Origin: Callorhinchus milii
Lineage: Eukaryota
Reading direction: 5' to 3'
Assembly: GCF_018977255.1 (NCBI RefSeq)
Contig: NW_024704748.1
Location: forward strand, 15,624,001-15,688,000
DNA: 64,000 bases
The translations under genes and the position numbers were made by a program. The notes beneath the pieces are model-generated. The model was not told where the DNA came from, did not search any database, and was given only the letters and a program-made list of their open reading frames with translations. Shown here in pieces: positions 11,614 through 24,091 of this stretch; within the stretch, counting starts at the first letter, position 1, and every line of letters begins with the position of its first letter.

Positions 11614-13974
11614 ACAGTGCTCTTTCCTCAACCTACTTGCTAACAGCTAAATTGGTTTCTAATATCCTTTTCTCAGCCAGTATTTAATAAAACATATTAA
11701 TTTCTTGTGGAGACATTCGAAGAACCACAATCAGTCTCCGAAGAGACTCAAAGCAGCGATAAGAAGCTGACGAGCTTTGCCACCTGCTCACTATTTTCAC
11801 CGCAGAATAGAGCGGATAAAGGGCACAATGGAAGGCGTTGATGACTGGTGGAGAAAGATATCTGACAATGCAATTGAAATAAAAACGATGTCCTGAAGTA
11901 CAACAATTATACGTTTCAGCAAGTCATTGGAGAATAACATATACATTATTGGATTATTTCCTTCTAAGAATGGGATGCAGTGCACTGCCATGTGACAAGA
12001 CATATTTTAAACTTTTATGATATATTTAGAACTTCCTCTTAGTTGCTCAGGCAATCATTTAAGCTTTTACAAGATTTTAGAATAAAAGAAGTGGACCTCT
12101 GCACTGGAATATTCTCAGTCAATCAATACCTAACATCATCAGTAGTTTTCCACAGAATTACACAAGGGGAAAAAATCACAAATGATAAAAAAAAATGATC
12201 ATATTTTACTCAAAAAAAAGCTTTATTCTCACATCTCCATCTCCAGAGGCAGCACAAGTAACAAAAGAGCATTTGGGTCCTTCTGTGCCTTTTGCAAAAG
12301 GACAATATTTATCAGTGACATAACTCTCTTACCTGCAGCATTCCACTCACAGTGAGCCACTCATCTAGCTATTCTCAATGGAACACGTCTGAAGTATTTC
12401 CCGTTTACAACTAGCTCTAGGCAGCTTCTTCCCAAAGGAATCTTTTCACCTGTCTCCTGTCAGTTATATGCAAGATGGCCTGATCCCCATGGGGTAGGTA
12501 AAAGGAAATAGATTGAGATAGGCCAAATTCATAGCACAAAGTTAGAAAATGTGGTTTTACCCCCAAATTTCCCTCCACCACTGAGTTCTAAATATAAGTT
12601 ATTGAGCTGTGGCGAGGTGCCCCAAGCAGCGACCAAGGGGTTTCCCAACAGAGAAGTGTGAACGAAGAATGAATTCAATAATATGAGTAAATAGGTGGTC
12701 ACTTAAAATCATATCTAAGGCTTTATCTAAAGGAGACTAATCACACTGTTAGGAAATTTATGATTTCTAAAAGATCGTAGGTGGTAAAGTCCCATGTTCT
12801 CACACATGGCTTTCAATCCCTCCTTTCTAAAACAATTTAGAATTGTTTTAAGATTTGCAAGAGAGGTTTGGATGGAGAAGGCCCAATTTGACTTAATAGT
12901 TCCAGACTATTCACCCTATTGCACCCTCACTCTCTTTTATTTAACCCTAGATTTGTCATCGCCTTCAAGACATAGACATTGGATATTCACTTCAATAGTG
13001 CCATAGAGTAAATGACCAGATTGACTGGCAAAGATTCATTGGCAGGGTACAATTACAACCATCCAACACTATCACATGCCTGGCTTTACATTAGAGAAAT
13101 GCATTGCTCTTTTTCCAACTGGGTCTCCATCAATATCCTGCATTTGATTTATTAGGAACATCGTATCTGTTTGAGCTGGATGTGTATTCAAGTTGCAGTG
13201 CGAGGTATCAGTAATGAGCCCTGTAAGGATTCATTGCTGCAAAGCTTTTTTTGTCTGTGGATGCATAATTGTATTGGTAATTGAGACTGATAACAGCTGT
13301 GGAACAGTTTTCAACAGATCCCTGCATGCACTCATTTACAGAGAGGACATAATAATGTACATTCTGTGTACCCAACAAATGTATTCTGTTGACCGGGTGG
13401 TGTGTCATTGACTAAGTGGTGGACGTAGGTTTGAGGACTTCTTTTTCAATTCCTAAGCGTCAAGCATGATGCACCAATTGATTATAAAACTTGATAACTG
13501 AGTGTGTCTTCTTCTCGAGAGAGAAGATAGTTTTGGTTTGGTTAGCGAAAGAGATACTGTGTTGGATTCTGCCACGATGAATCTTCCAGCCAAAAGACTC
13601 CCTCAGTTGACAGATCGGGCTGGTCTGCTTTCATTGGTTGTTATCTAGTTGAGCAGGAATCAGCATCCGTTTCTTGTCCAGAGGCTCATCTGCCTCAAAG
13701 CTTGGCTACAACTGAATCTCACAGGTGCATTCAAGCATTGGTGAATAGCAGCATCCAAAGATCAGGATCAAGAGTAGGATGCTCAATGGTAATCAGCCAC
13801 CAGATAACATCAGCCAACAGCTGAGGGATACTATGTGTTGAGCCTGCACAAAACTGCTCCATTATTGAAAAAAATTGAGGCAGTCTTTTCACTGAGAGCG
13901 GATATTCTGGCTTTTTTTTATGCTAATTTTCTGGGTGGATATTCTATTTATAAACCATTCTGGCAGAACATTCA

Positions 13975-14171
13975 TCCCTCTATAACAATGTGAATGCCCT
14001 AGTCTCAGTGACAGTACTGGGGTTTTATATTCTGAAAACTCTTTCTACAACAGTGTGAATGCAAAAGTCTCAGTCACTTAACTGGGGTATGACACTGTGC
14101 GAGCTCCCTTTATAATAAAGTGAATGCACCAGTCTCAGTGACTATATGGGGAATTTATACTGTGAGAGCTC
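13975..14171. repeat. Degenerate minisatellite, ~65-bp unit x3
   Basis: Three recurrences of ...TATAACAATGTGAATGC-nnn-AGTCTCAGTGAC...TGGGG...TATACTGTGAGAGCTC. Confidence 0.85.
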
Positions 14172-14275
14172 GTCCCATCATTGAAATCGATATCACAACG
14201 ATCCAGTAGGCTATAATTGTGAAGAGACGTTTTCTCTTTCTCTGAAACACCCCATTATGTTGTGATATATGTCCC

Positions 14276-14343
14276 CATTAAAAATCTCCTAAACTCTATA
14301 AATTTCCATTAGAAACTAATGTAAATGAGGAGATTTTCTAATG
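14276..14343. repeat. Imperfect palindrome, probably the centre of an old MITE
   Basis: CATTAAAAATCTCCT / AGGAGATTTTCTAATG outer arms and CATTAG-AAA-CTAATG centre. Confidence 0.6.
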
Positions 14344-14505
14344 AAAAACAATTCTGACTGACAAATAGCTGCTTTTCCTCTAGCTGGGTCTAAATATGAA
14401 GAATACCTGCAAGGGCAAGAATTGGTCGACGGTGTTTTCAAAGAGCAAGTCATATTACAACAGAGTGGCAAAAAAAAAACTCATTCCTTGCAGGAGTCAC
14501 ATGTT

Positions 14506-14580
14506 AACAACAACAACAACAAAATTACATTTATAGAGCGCCTTTCACGTCGGGAGGACGTCCCAAAGAGCTGACAGATT
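14506..14580 (-). mobile_element. L2 LINE 3' tail (heavily 5'-truncated)
   Basis: Reverse complement reads GCTCTTTGGGACGTCCTCCCGACGTGAAAGGCGCTCTATAAATGTAATTTT(GTT)n, the same tail attached to the longer L2 copy at 29881-30510. Confidence 0.85.
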
Positions 14581-15141
14581 GTAGGGCTGCCAAGCTTGGT
14601 ATTTTTGGTTAAATACAATTTTACCTGCATGTATTGAAATTTGGTTTCAAGCCCACTTATTCTAATATCTAAATACAATACATGTAAACGCTCATACCTA
14701 GAACTTAATCCAGTGCCTCAACTATATTTGAACAGCATTAACCTGAACGCTGAGCAAGTTAGTAAAACATAGGAATCCTAGTCTGATACCACATCAAATG
14801 AAATAGTAATGTGAAGAATTCAACCTTGTCCTAAAGTGTTCAGGTTCACACACGGACTGCCTTGTTTTTTTCTTTATATAGTTTATATCTATCTACTTTA
14901 TTTCCACTGCCCCCAGCTTTGCCTCCCTTTGACACTAGACCATCTGTCTTTGAGTGCAGCTAAACATTGTTTCAGACACTACCTCAGAGATTTTATTAAA
15001 AAAGAGTTTGGTTATACAGAAGCAAGGTTGAATGTGTCATAAATAATAAAAAAATTTACTCGCTGCCAAAACCTTTCTCTGCGTCGAGCTGAGTGTGCTG
15101 TCCCTCGTTACCATGGTGAGGGGAAACAGAGAGGAGCTGCA

Positions 15142-15878
15142 GATAAATGTCTTTGTAGTCTTAAACATTATTGCAAATTTCAGAGATTAATAATTTATAT
15201 TTTCAGACCTGCCGTTCTAATTTGTCAATGACTTATCTACAACAAAGATACAGTACACCTCTAGTGAAAGATGACACCGGTGGGTGCCTTTTACACAGAG
15301 GAGGCTCAAATTGTACTGGAACTATTTTCCATTTGTACAGAAGCCACAATCTGCACTCAATTCATACTCTAGCAGCTTCTGACTGAGAAGCCATCTTACT
15401 GTACGCAATCTCTTCTGTTGGAAATTCTGCTCTGCCTTCACATAGTGTTTCTTTTGCTTATGTTGGGCACCTTTGCTTTGTTAGTTATACGCCCGGTAAC
15501 CTTGGCTATCTGCATGTTCTGTTATGTACAATTCACCAAACACAACAAAGCTCAATACAGAACTCTTTTGTATTTCCACTAGGAGAAATTCACTCCTGTC
15601 CAAACTTCATGTCACCCACACAAATGTTAATGATTACTAATGACTGAAGAAGATACATATCAACCTGGCTCAGTTGGTAGCACTTTTGCCTCTGATTCAC
15701 AAGATCTAGGCCCATGTCAGGAATTTGAATTTGTGATAAATGTCTTTGTAGTCTTAAACATTATTGCAAATTTCAGAGATTAATAATTCATATTTTCAGA
15801 CCTGCCTTTGCAATTTGTCAATGACTTATCTACAACAAGGATACAGTACACCTCTGGTGAAAGATGACATGGTGGGTG
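15142..15878. repeat. Recent ~145-bp local duplication (15142-15286 copied to 15735-15878)
   Basis: Collinear copies GATAAATGTCTTTGTAGTC...GATGACA(CC/T)GGTGGGTG with about 8 differences. Confidence 0.95.
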
Positions 15879-16150
15879 GGTGATACTCCAATATAGTGGA
15901 GGCGTAGTCCTTCATCCTTTGCTAAACTGAGGTCCTCTGTCTGCCTGTTGAGGTAGGCTTTAAAAATCCCGTGACACAATTTGAAATGAGAAGGGAGTTT
16001 CTCCTGATGTCCCAGATAAAACTGGATGTCTCATTCTCATACAAATACACAGTTGCTACACTTTGCAGTAAATCTTCTGAAATGCTTTTAGATATTTCAA
16101 TGACATGATAAGGTCCTATAGCAAATGCACAAATTCATATTTATTATAAT
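15658..16150 (+). mobile_element. Old tRNA-headed Deu SINE interrupted by the duplicated segment
   Basis: Head CTGGCTCAGTTGGTAGCACTTTTGCCTCTGA; after 15878 it resumes with TCTGCCTGTTGAGGTAGG...AAAAATCCCGTGACAC...GGGAGTTTCTCCTGATGTCCC and ends in CTATAGCAAATGCA. Confidence 0.7.
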
Positions 16151-16164
16151 AAAATGAGCAGAAC

Positions 16165-16625
16165 AGAGTGCAACAATGGGTTATACTACCATTCACCACT
16201 GACACCTGGGTTTGAATCTTGTTCAGACTGATTGGATAAACATCTTCTCTTGTTCAGTTGTTACAATCCTGAAGTAAGCTTGGGCAGTTGTAGCTTTACA
16301 CAGAGGATGATCAACAGTTGGAATCGACTACTAGGGAGTGTGCTTGAGGCTAGTGCACTGGCTCACTTTAGAAACAATGATAATATAATGGAAACATGTG
16401 AGGGTTGTTTTTTTTGAAGTAGAGATCAAATAGACAGAAGGGCGTTCTTCATTTGAATCTCTCTCATGACTTTGTGATCTAGTTTTTTGTGGCTCAGATC
16501 ACAGCAAAAATCTATCAAAAATTCAGCACAAATTGGCAATCTGCTTAGGACACTGGCCACCGATGGGCATTAGGCACTGATGACTGATGTGGGAACTGGA
16601 AAATCACGTAATGAAACAGGGTGTG
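16165..16625 (+). mobile_element. LF-SINE-like relic with a nested CR1 3' fragment (~16290-16475)
   Basis: tRNA-like CCTGGGTTTGAATC head and CAGCACAAATTGGCAA body motif; the insert translates SFTQRMINSWNRLLGSVLEASALAHFR, matching the CR1 ORF2 C-terminal FFTQRVVNLWNSLP motif. Confidence 0.55.
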
Positions 16626-18577
16626 CAGTAGAGAATATTCTCTCTGTGTGACTAGAGAAATGTCTCTCTGAATGGACTGATCTAAAGAAGACAAGCAGAG
16701 TTGGAGAGGGAGAAGGAACTTTACGAATGAGGGGTTTTCAGCATTTTCAGTGCCACCGAAAGCAGTAAACTCCCTACACATTATGCTTGGATAATTTCCA
16801 CAGTGCTTTCTATCGGTGCAATTGAGGCCAATGGGGAGTAGGAGCACTAAACATTAACGAAAAGGTAAGTGGGAGTGGAACTGACCTGCATAATATGTGC
16901 ATTTAAGTGATTTCAGACATCACTACTTTTATAGTAAATTACCAAAAAAAAGCAGCTACTTCTTAAGGCAATTTGATGATTTTGCATTACCTATAGGACC
17001 CCAAACGATTACCTTTCATCTAATAAATGATTGCTTCACACAAGTAATCACGCCACAGACTTTTGCAGCAATTCTTTCCTTCGCATTGTTAGATTAACAA
17101 TCTATTTACAATTAAAGCATTAGGCACACACATAATTTTGCATTTGAATATCATTAACAGAACATATTTACATAATTAGTCTCTTTTGGCCTGACCAAGA
17201 AGCACTTCTTCAGCCTAAACATCTTTCCGCTGCTTCTGGTAATGTGCTGTTTTCTCCCCCACATGGAATACTGAAGATGTAGAGGCTTCCTGTACTAATC
17301 CCCTCCTTAGAGAAACAAGTAGTTTATTTGGAAATGTAGTCTGACATGAAATGGATGCCCCAGTGTGGCAACATTTAACAGTGAATGGCATTCTGTGAAG
17401 ACGCCAACCCACAAAAACAAAACCTGGCTGAACAGAGTAATGTGAAATTGGATGATTCAGGTGGAAATTTGGAAAATCTAGAAGCTGATCCACCTATAAG
17501 AATCTCAGAAAATAAAGAGCCCATTTCAGATCCTTGCCTAAAAAATTAGTGTTGACTCCTAAGGTTTAAAAGCTGGACATCTTCAACAATAAGTTTTTCC
17601 ACCCCCAAGACACAATAGGGCTATCCAAAGTAGTCATATAGTCACTCTTTCGCTGTACAAGAACCATTCCAATTGAATAAGAGTAGTAGAAGTAGGATTG
17701 TTATCCATCCAGTTTAGAACCAGTTTGAATGGGCTGTTTGAAAATATTAAAACACGCAGATTAAAGCAGAAATGCAGTTTCCATTTTTTCCTTTGTCATA
17801 CAATGTGGAAGCATCAGTCATTAAAGTTTTTAAGCAGCTTTCTAAAGAGCATTGAATGGCTGAAATAGTATTTGAGGTGTAATTGGTTCTGACATGGTTG
17901 CAAGTTTATATGTGCACTTGTGGTTGTGTTTTGTGACGTGGAGTTGGTAAACTCACAAAAGCTCTTGCTGATGTAATGCCTGGCATACATAACAGAATAA
18001 GGACCAGTTTAAGTTCTGTAATGTAAACTTCCAAACATAGGAAAGTTCAGATAATTTATCCAGTCTTTTGGGGCTCTTGTATGGGAGATAACAATGGAAG
18101 ACCAAATACACAATCAGTTGGCTCAATACAAGTCTTTAACTGTTGTATTGATTATTAGATGTAGTGATAATTTGTGGGAATGAGTGATGGCTCATGTTTA
18201 ATTGTGTTATGGAATATATGACAAGATCTTTGTGTATGTGCTTAGTTATGTACACAGAGATGTAATATATGAAAAAGGTACCGAAGACACTGCACATTGT
18301 TTGTTAGTTATGGGTTTGTGAATGCTGTGGATACACTGCTATAACAGTATTAATTAATGTTAACATTTTGTCAAACACTTTCTGGGTTTGGGTCTGACTG
18401 GACTCATTTATTGCAATTCTTCTGGATTTATTGTAATCATCATTTCAACATGGTTATTTGTTCATCTGAGGTCAGGAGTTTATCTTAGTGACTAAGAATA
18501 TCCCTGCTCATTTAGTTAATTTACCATTAAAAGCCACAGCCACATTTTTACATTTCCTCAAGTACTGTAGCAGTGAA

Positions 18578-19092
18578 GTCCAACCACAACAAGTTGCATT
18601 TATATCATCCTTCATGTAATTTAGTGTCTTAGGAGAGCTGCACAATGGGTTCGGATGCTGAGAAAGAGGAGAGGTGATAGTGGCCATTGAAAAGGTACGT
18701 TTTAAGGTGGGACTTAAACAACAACAACAACAAGATTACATTATTGAGCACTTTTCACATCGGGAAGACGTCCCAAAGTGCTGAACAGTCAGGGGTCAGG
18801 ACCTGAGCTTGGGGGAGAGGTGGGGTAGGAGTGAGGGAAGGCAGAGAGGTGGGAGGGCGACTGAAGGCACGATTGAAGAGGAGGGTCTGGAGACTGGCCT
18901 TGAAGGAGGCAAATGAGGAAGCGAGGTGAAGGAACTGTGGAATGGAGTTCCAGAGTGTGGGGGCAGAGGCTGAAAGCCCGGCCACCGATGATAGGGCGGG
19001 TCTGGAGGGGGACATGGAGCAGGCTGGAGCCTGCTGAATGGAGGGAGCGGGCAGGTTGGTAGGGAGTCAGCAGGTCAGAGAGACAAATGGAG
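18578..19092 (-). mobile_element. Two adjacent L2 3'-end fragments (18578-18716 and 18717-19092)
   Basis: (AAC)n tails; minus-strand translation SASAPTLWNSIPQFLHLASSFASFKASLQTLLF, the typical L2 ORF2 C-terminus. Confidence 0.9.
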
Positions 19093-19094
19093 AT

Positions 19095-19222
19095 ATGAGC
19101 ACAATTGGCTGCCGCGTTTCGCCCACAAAATATACAGTCAATTCATTTGATTCTGTGAAGTGCTTTGAGATGTCTCAAAGATATAATAAGGTACCTATAT
19201 CAAATGCAAGTATTAATATTAT
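19095..19222 (+). mobile_element. Young SINE, 3' fragment
   Basis: CAATTGGCTGCCGCGTTTCGCCCACAAAATATACAGTC ... TATATCAAATGCAAG. Confidence 0.9.
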
Positions 19223-19632
19223 CTAAATCTACATGTGGCTCTCTTGAGGAAGAGGTGAAAAATCTCCAATTCAAATATGCTTCAAAGCTACATGTAGAGC
19301 TTGGTCAGAGGAGAGAATAGTCTCTAATCCAAACTAGACTGAAAATCAATTGTAGGTCACACAGGGAGCAGTATGACCAAAACTCTGTAATCACTCTTCT
19401 CTTCTCAACAGTAAAGTGAAAACTTGGCTTGCTTCCAATTGTTCCTTAGACCTTGGAGAAACATGAATATAACAAAGTTCAGACTTTAACTTGGACTATC
19501 CCCTCCAAGCTATCCCCACCGATGTTCAGTTCGGATAAATTCTATCAAAATGCGTTTAAAAAATACTTGTTTGTATTAAAAAATACAAACTTTTTTTAAG
19601 AAAAAATGCATTGGGGTTTACAATGACAGCAG

Positions 19633-19953
19633 ATAATAATTATAATAATAATCCTTGCATTTGATATAGTGCTTTTCACGTCTTCTAGACGTCCCAAAGC
19701 GCTTCACAGAATATACTGTAAAGTGAATTGACTGTATATTTGTGGGCGAATGCGTCAGCCAATTGCGCACAGCAATGTCCCACAAATAGTCGTGGATTGA
19801 AAATGACCAATTTATTATTGTTTTGTTTTTTGGAGGGATTAGTATTAGGCGTGTGGAGTAAGGAAACTTGCCCAAGGTTTCGCCCTGCCTGGAATTGAAC
19901 TCAGGTCTCTCACTTGCAAAGCGAGTGCTCTAACCACGGAGCTACAGGACTCC
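19633..19953 (-). mobile_element. Full-length young tRNA(Ala)-derived SINE (Deu-type body, L2 tail)
   Basis: Minus strand: GGAGTCCTGTAGCTCCGTGGTTAGAGCACTCGC head, B-box GAGTTCAATTCC, TGTGGGACATTGCTGTGCGCAATTGGCTG body, (TTA)n tail. Confidence 0.95.
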
Positions 19954-20345
19954 GTGGCTGCAGGACAGCTGCAGGACAGATGCCACCATTGCTCTTTTCC
20001 AGTAAACTTAAGGTGAGAACACATCTTCATCGACAGCTGAAGCTAATCCCTGTTGACATTCTGAAAACCTACTGTACTTTACTTTGTAAAACAACAGTCA
20101 TACAGAGAAGTTATAATCATATAAACACGCTGAACTGTGTTGCTCCCTTATATTTTGACTGTTATCTAGATCTGAAGAAATTTTCAGTGTGGATATCATT
20201 ATGGATCAGTCACTGGCCTTTGATGTATCAACTGAGAACCACTGCTGGCAAAAATACACAAAAAGTCCAAGCTCAATAAATCTACTTTACAGGGTTCACA
20301 AAATACTGTACATTATGAAATTTAATAGACAATTGCAGTGATTTC

Positions 20346-20470
20346 AATAACAACAACAAAATTACATTTGTATTGCGCCTTGCACATCGGGAGGACGACC
20401 CAAGGCGCTGGACGGTCAATGTTTTGGACCTGAGCTGGGGGTCAGGATCAGGGAGGGTGGAGGGCACCCT
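20346..20470 (-). mobile_element. L2 3' tail fragment
   Basis: (AAC)n + ATTACATTTGTATTGCGCC...CATCGGGAGGACG...GGACCTGAGCTGGGG as in other L2 ends. Confidence 0.85.
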
Positions 20471-20656
20471 CAATTTATTTGAACCCCTTGATTAAATAAC
20501 AATTTTGTAATCACTCCTGTGTACCCAGTATTACCCACATAAACAAACGATCTGAATTTTTAGAAGCGATTACGACTTAAAATTATGCCCAGGCAACTAT
20601 TATTGTCCAACCAAACCATTTGAATCGAACATTAGAATACTGCCTTCTAATGACTC

Positions 20657-20948
20657 ATACGTAGCTCAGTGGTTAGAGCACTCGCCTTGCAAGCGAGACA
20701 CCTGGGTTCAATTCCAGGCAGGGCAAAACCTTGGGCAAGTTTCCTTACTCCACATGCCTCATAATAATCCCTCCAAAACAAAACAATAATAAATTGGTCA
20801 TTTTCAATCCATGACTGTTTGTGGGACACTGCTGTGCGCAATTGGCTGCCACGTTTCGCCCATAAATATACGGTCAATTCACTTTACAGTCTATTCTGTG
20901 AAGCGCTATATCAAATGCAAGGATTATTATTATTATTATTATTATTAT
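20657..20948 (+). mobile_element. Near full-length young SINE (tail stem-loop deleted)
   Basis: A-box TAGCTCAGTGG, B-box GGTTCAATTCC; GAAGCGCT joins directly to ATATCAAATGCAAG (deletion between the two AGCGCT repeats); (ATT)n tail. Confidence 0.95.
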
Positions 20949-21204
20949 AAGTAGCCACTATATAATATGATTTCTGCAATAGGAAACTGTGGAGGTAAGT
21001 GTCTGGACTGTCTAGGAACCATTCAAATGCAAACAAAACACAAACATACCTGATCCGAACAAATGCATACTGGATCCAAACAAACCATTGGACCAAATCT
21101 TGCATGTACACTTCTATTACATAGAATCCCAATGGACCAAATCTTTTTGTATTTACTCCCACTTTATACAACTTTTAATAGTAAATAGTAAAAACCTTCT
21201 CTGA

Positions 21205-21304
21205 TTAATATACAGTCAATTCACTTTACAATATATTCTGTGAAGCGCTTCTCGAAGACGTGATAAGGTGCTATATCAAATGCAAGGATTATTATTATTA
21301 TTAT
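21205..21304 (+). mobile_element. Young SINE, 3' fragment
   Basis: AATATACAGTCAATTCACTTTAC...TATATCAAATGCAAGGA(TTA)n. Confidence 0.9.
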
Positions 21305-22224
21305 CTCTATTTGAATGCTCAGCACATTCCATAAGCTCAGCCTACCTAGCAACAACAGCAAGTTACGAATCACCCCTGCTGATTCTTCTCATGATGAGTT
21401 TTGATTGTGGGTTTCTCGAAGTGCATCTCTGGAAGGCTTATGAGTTTCAGGAGAGAGTTTTGTGCCAACTATGCGAAACAATAATGAGTATCTAAGATCA
21501 GGCACGTAACAATAGTTTTCAAATATGCTCATCAAGTTCAGGAACGCTGATGCCAGTGATCAAAATTTTCTCCCAATGCAAGTATCAAGAACTGTCATGT
21601 CTGGTTAAAGCTCCCTCTACTTTGCCCCGATAATAGGGTAAAATTGCATTCATCAGTAACTCTGGTGGGTTAATACAGCTAATTTTCCACTTCTGGGTAA
21701 TTTTGCCAATGAGTGAGCTTATAATAAGAAAATTCCATCATAAAACAGCATCACCAATGAGACGCTTCATTTGATGCCATAAACTGCAAAAGCAAAGTTC
21801 AAGTAGTTAATATCCAGATCAGAACCTCATGTGACAATTATAAAAACCCGGTAGGTTTAATGACATATACAGTACTTCGCTGCTGTGCACTTAGTAGGTC
21901 ATATTTTATTCCTTTACAGTGTTTTTTCCCAGTAGATAAGAGTGCGGTGGGTGCACATAGTCCAGCCAGCTGAAGCATGAAGGATTAATGATTGTGATGT
22001 GATCATTGCAAGTTCATTGAATAATTATTTACAGTTGATGACTGGGAAATAACACGACCGAAATCTATTACAATGATTAATCAAACAAACAGCACTGTGT
22101 CAGGCTCACTCCACATTCTGAATGAAACCAATGTAACAGCTCTGAACACTCCATGCCTACAAGTTGTTCTCAAAGCAATTCACCGCATCAAATCCTGTTT
22201 TGTCAGATGAAGAATCTAGTTAAG

Positions 22225-22660
22225 TTTAATAAATAAAATGCATCAATTTGCTAAACATCTCAAAATGTTTCACAAAACAATTTACTGCAAAGTGAAGAGA
22301 CTGTTCTTTCTGTGACACAAACATGACAGCTAATAGAAGCAATAATTCACGAACAGCAAAGAGATGAAAAAACAAATATAGCTTGCTGTTTGGTGAATTT
22401 AAGTGGGGAAATGGGCAGGACACAGAGAGCAATCCCAAACCTGCTTTTCTTTCAAATAAAGCAATATGATCTATAATGTCCACTTAAACCACAACAAGCA
22501 GATGGGACCTCAGATTAATGTGTCACATGAAGGACAGCATCTCCATCAATACCCTACTTGTTTTGTACAACATTGGACTGTTGGCTAGATCTTGAATTCA
22601 AATTAACGCTCAACTTCTGACCCAGAGATAGAATTCTTTTTGTACTAAATATGGGGCTAA
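22225..22660 (-). mobile_element. Old Deu SINE, degenerate
   Basis: ACATCTCAAAATGTTTCACA...ACTGCAAAGTGAAG...GTCCACTTAAAC...GGGACCTCAGATTAATGTGTCACATGAAGGACAGCATCTCC, the reverse complement of the old SINE body. Confidence 0.6.
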
Positions 22661-24091
22661 CACTTATTTTGCAGTATGATGGCACTAGATTTTGGCGCTC
22701 CCCATGTGTGCTCCGACACAAAATGGTAGGACTTTGGTCTTAGCTATTCAGATACATGATTGTGAGCTGGCTCTGCTCCAAAAGGGAAAAGAAACAAGTG
22801 GACAGAGAACAACCTCATCCCAGTGGGGGAAATATATCAGTCAGTACAATGAAGGGAGTTTCAGTTCACTTAGTGTTCCTTGTTACAGGCAGCATCAACA
22901 AAGGCCTGGCAGCAGGCTGATTTGCCTACATTCTTTGCTATTAATGGTTTGTGAGAGGGAAAAGCAAAGCAGAGAGAGGGGGGAATAAAATGCCACTCAA
23001 GAAATTGAAAGAGAAACAAACTAAACACCAATGAAGTATGTTCTTGTTCCTTGTTGTCAGTGGCTTCTGCTTTGAATTGCCGAATAAATCAATTTAATCG
23101 ACAGTTTGTGGGTGTACAAGGAAACTGTGGTTCAAGCAGAATATTTCTCAGCAAAATAGCTCTGTACTTCCCAAATTACAACAGCTATTTTCGATTAGAC
23201 AGTGACATCTGGACGCTTCCAGATGCCCACTAACACATAATTGTAGCTCTTACTACATCTGGGAAAGATCTGATTCTCTAAGGACGTTGAAATTCCATCG
23301 TGGGATGGCTCTGTGCAGTCTCCATCTTATTTCCATCTATCATTCTGTAGGTGACCTAGGATAGCCCAGTGATGTGGAGCACAACCATGATTTTTTCTCT
23401 CAATGAAAACTTAAATTAAAAAAAATTGGGGGCAGTTTAAACTGTGTCATTTCTGTGAATTCCTGAGAAGTTACAAAAGGTCATTTACTTCTCACTGTTG
23501 AATTCACTGGCTTCTCTTTAAATGCCTCAGCATACGCCCTTCCCAGACATTTTTAAGTATTATTTCCTCAATTTCAATTCATTTTTAATTCAACTTCTCT
23601 AGACTTCCTTTCCTTAACATAGTCCGCAACAAATTGGTACAATTAAGGTAATATTTAAAAAATGCTCCTGCTTTTATTTAGCTTCAGCTGCCCATTATCA
23701 GACAATTTTACTTTTTCTTTCCCGTCCCCATTCTCACTGAGGGACAACATCACTCTCTGAGCAACTTCAATTAAAATAGATTGAAGCAGGCTGAGAACAA
23801 GATGGATAATTATACTCAATGGAAAGACCACAGTGCGGTACTTGGAGCCCCAAAAAATTACACAAGGAAGGGTCTATCAAAAGACATTCAGTCACTTTCC
23901 TGAATGAGGATCAGGCACAGTCTAGTTCTGTGATTGTGCTGCATTGCTTGTGGTCCTGGGTTTGGCACTCCACCACTGGGAGAGGCCAATGTAATATCTT
24001 CTATGAAAATAATCTGTCACATGTACTTTAGCTGCTGGTGCTGATATATTGGGCTTGAACACAGTCACCAAATCTAATAGTACATGATTAT

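Noticed and set aside
13630-13706. Possible terminal exon PSFEADEPLDKKRMLIPAQLDNNQ* (minus)
   Set aside because: Weak acceptor, no homology recognised
13975-14171. CRISPR-like repeat/spacer array
   Set aside because: Vertebrate DNA, the 'spacers' are homologous to each other, and no cas genes; it is a minisatellite
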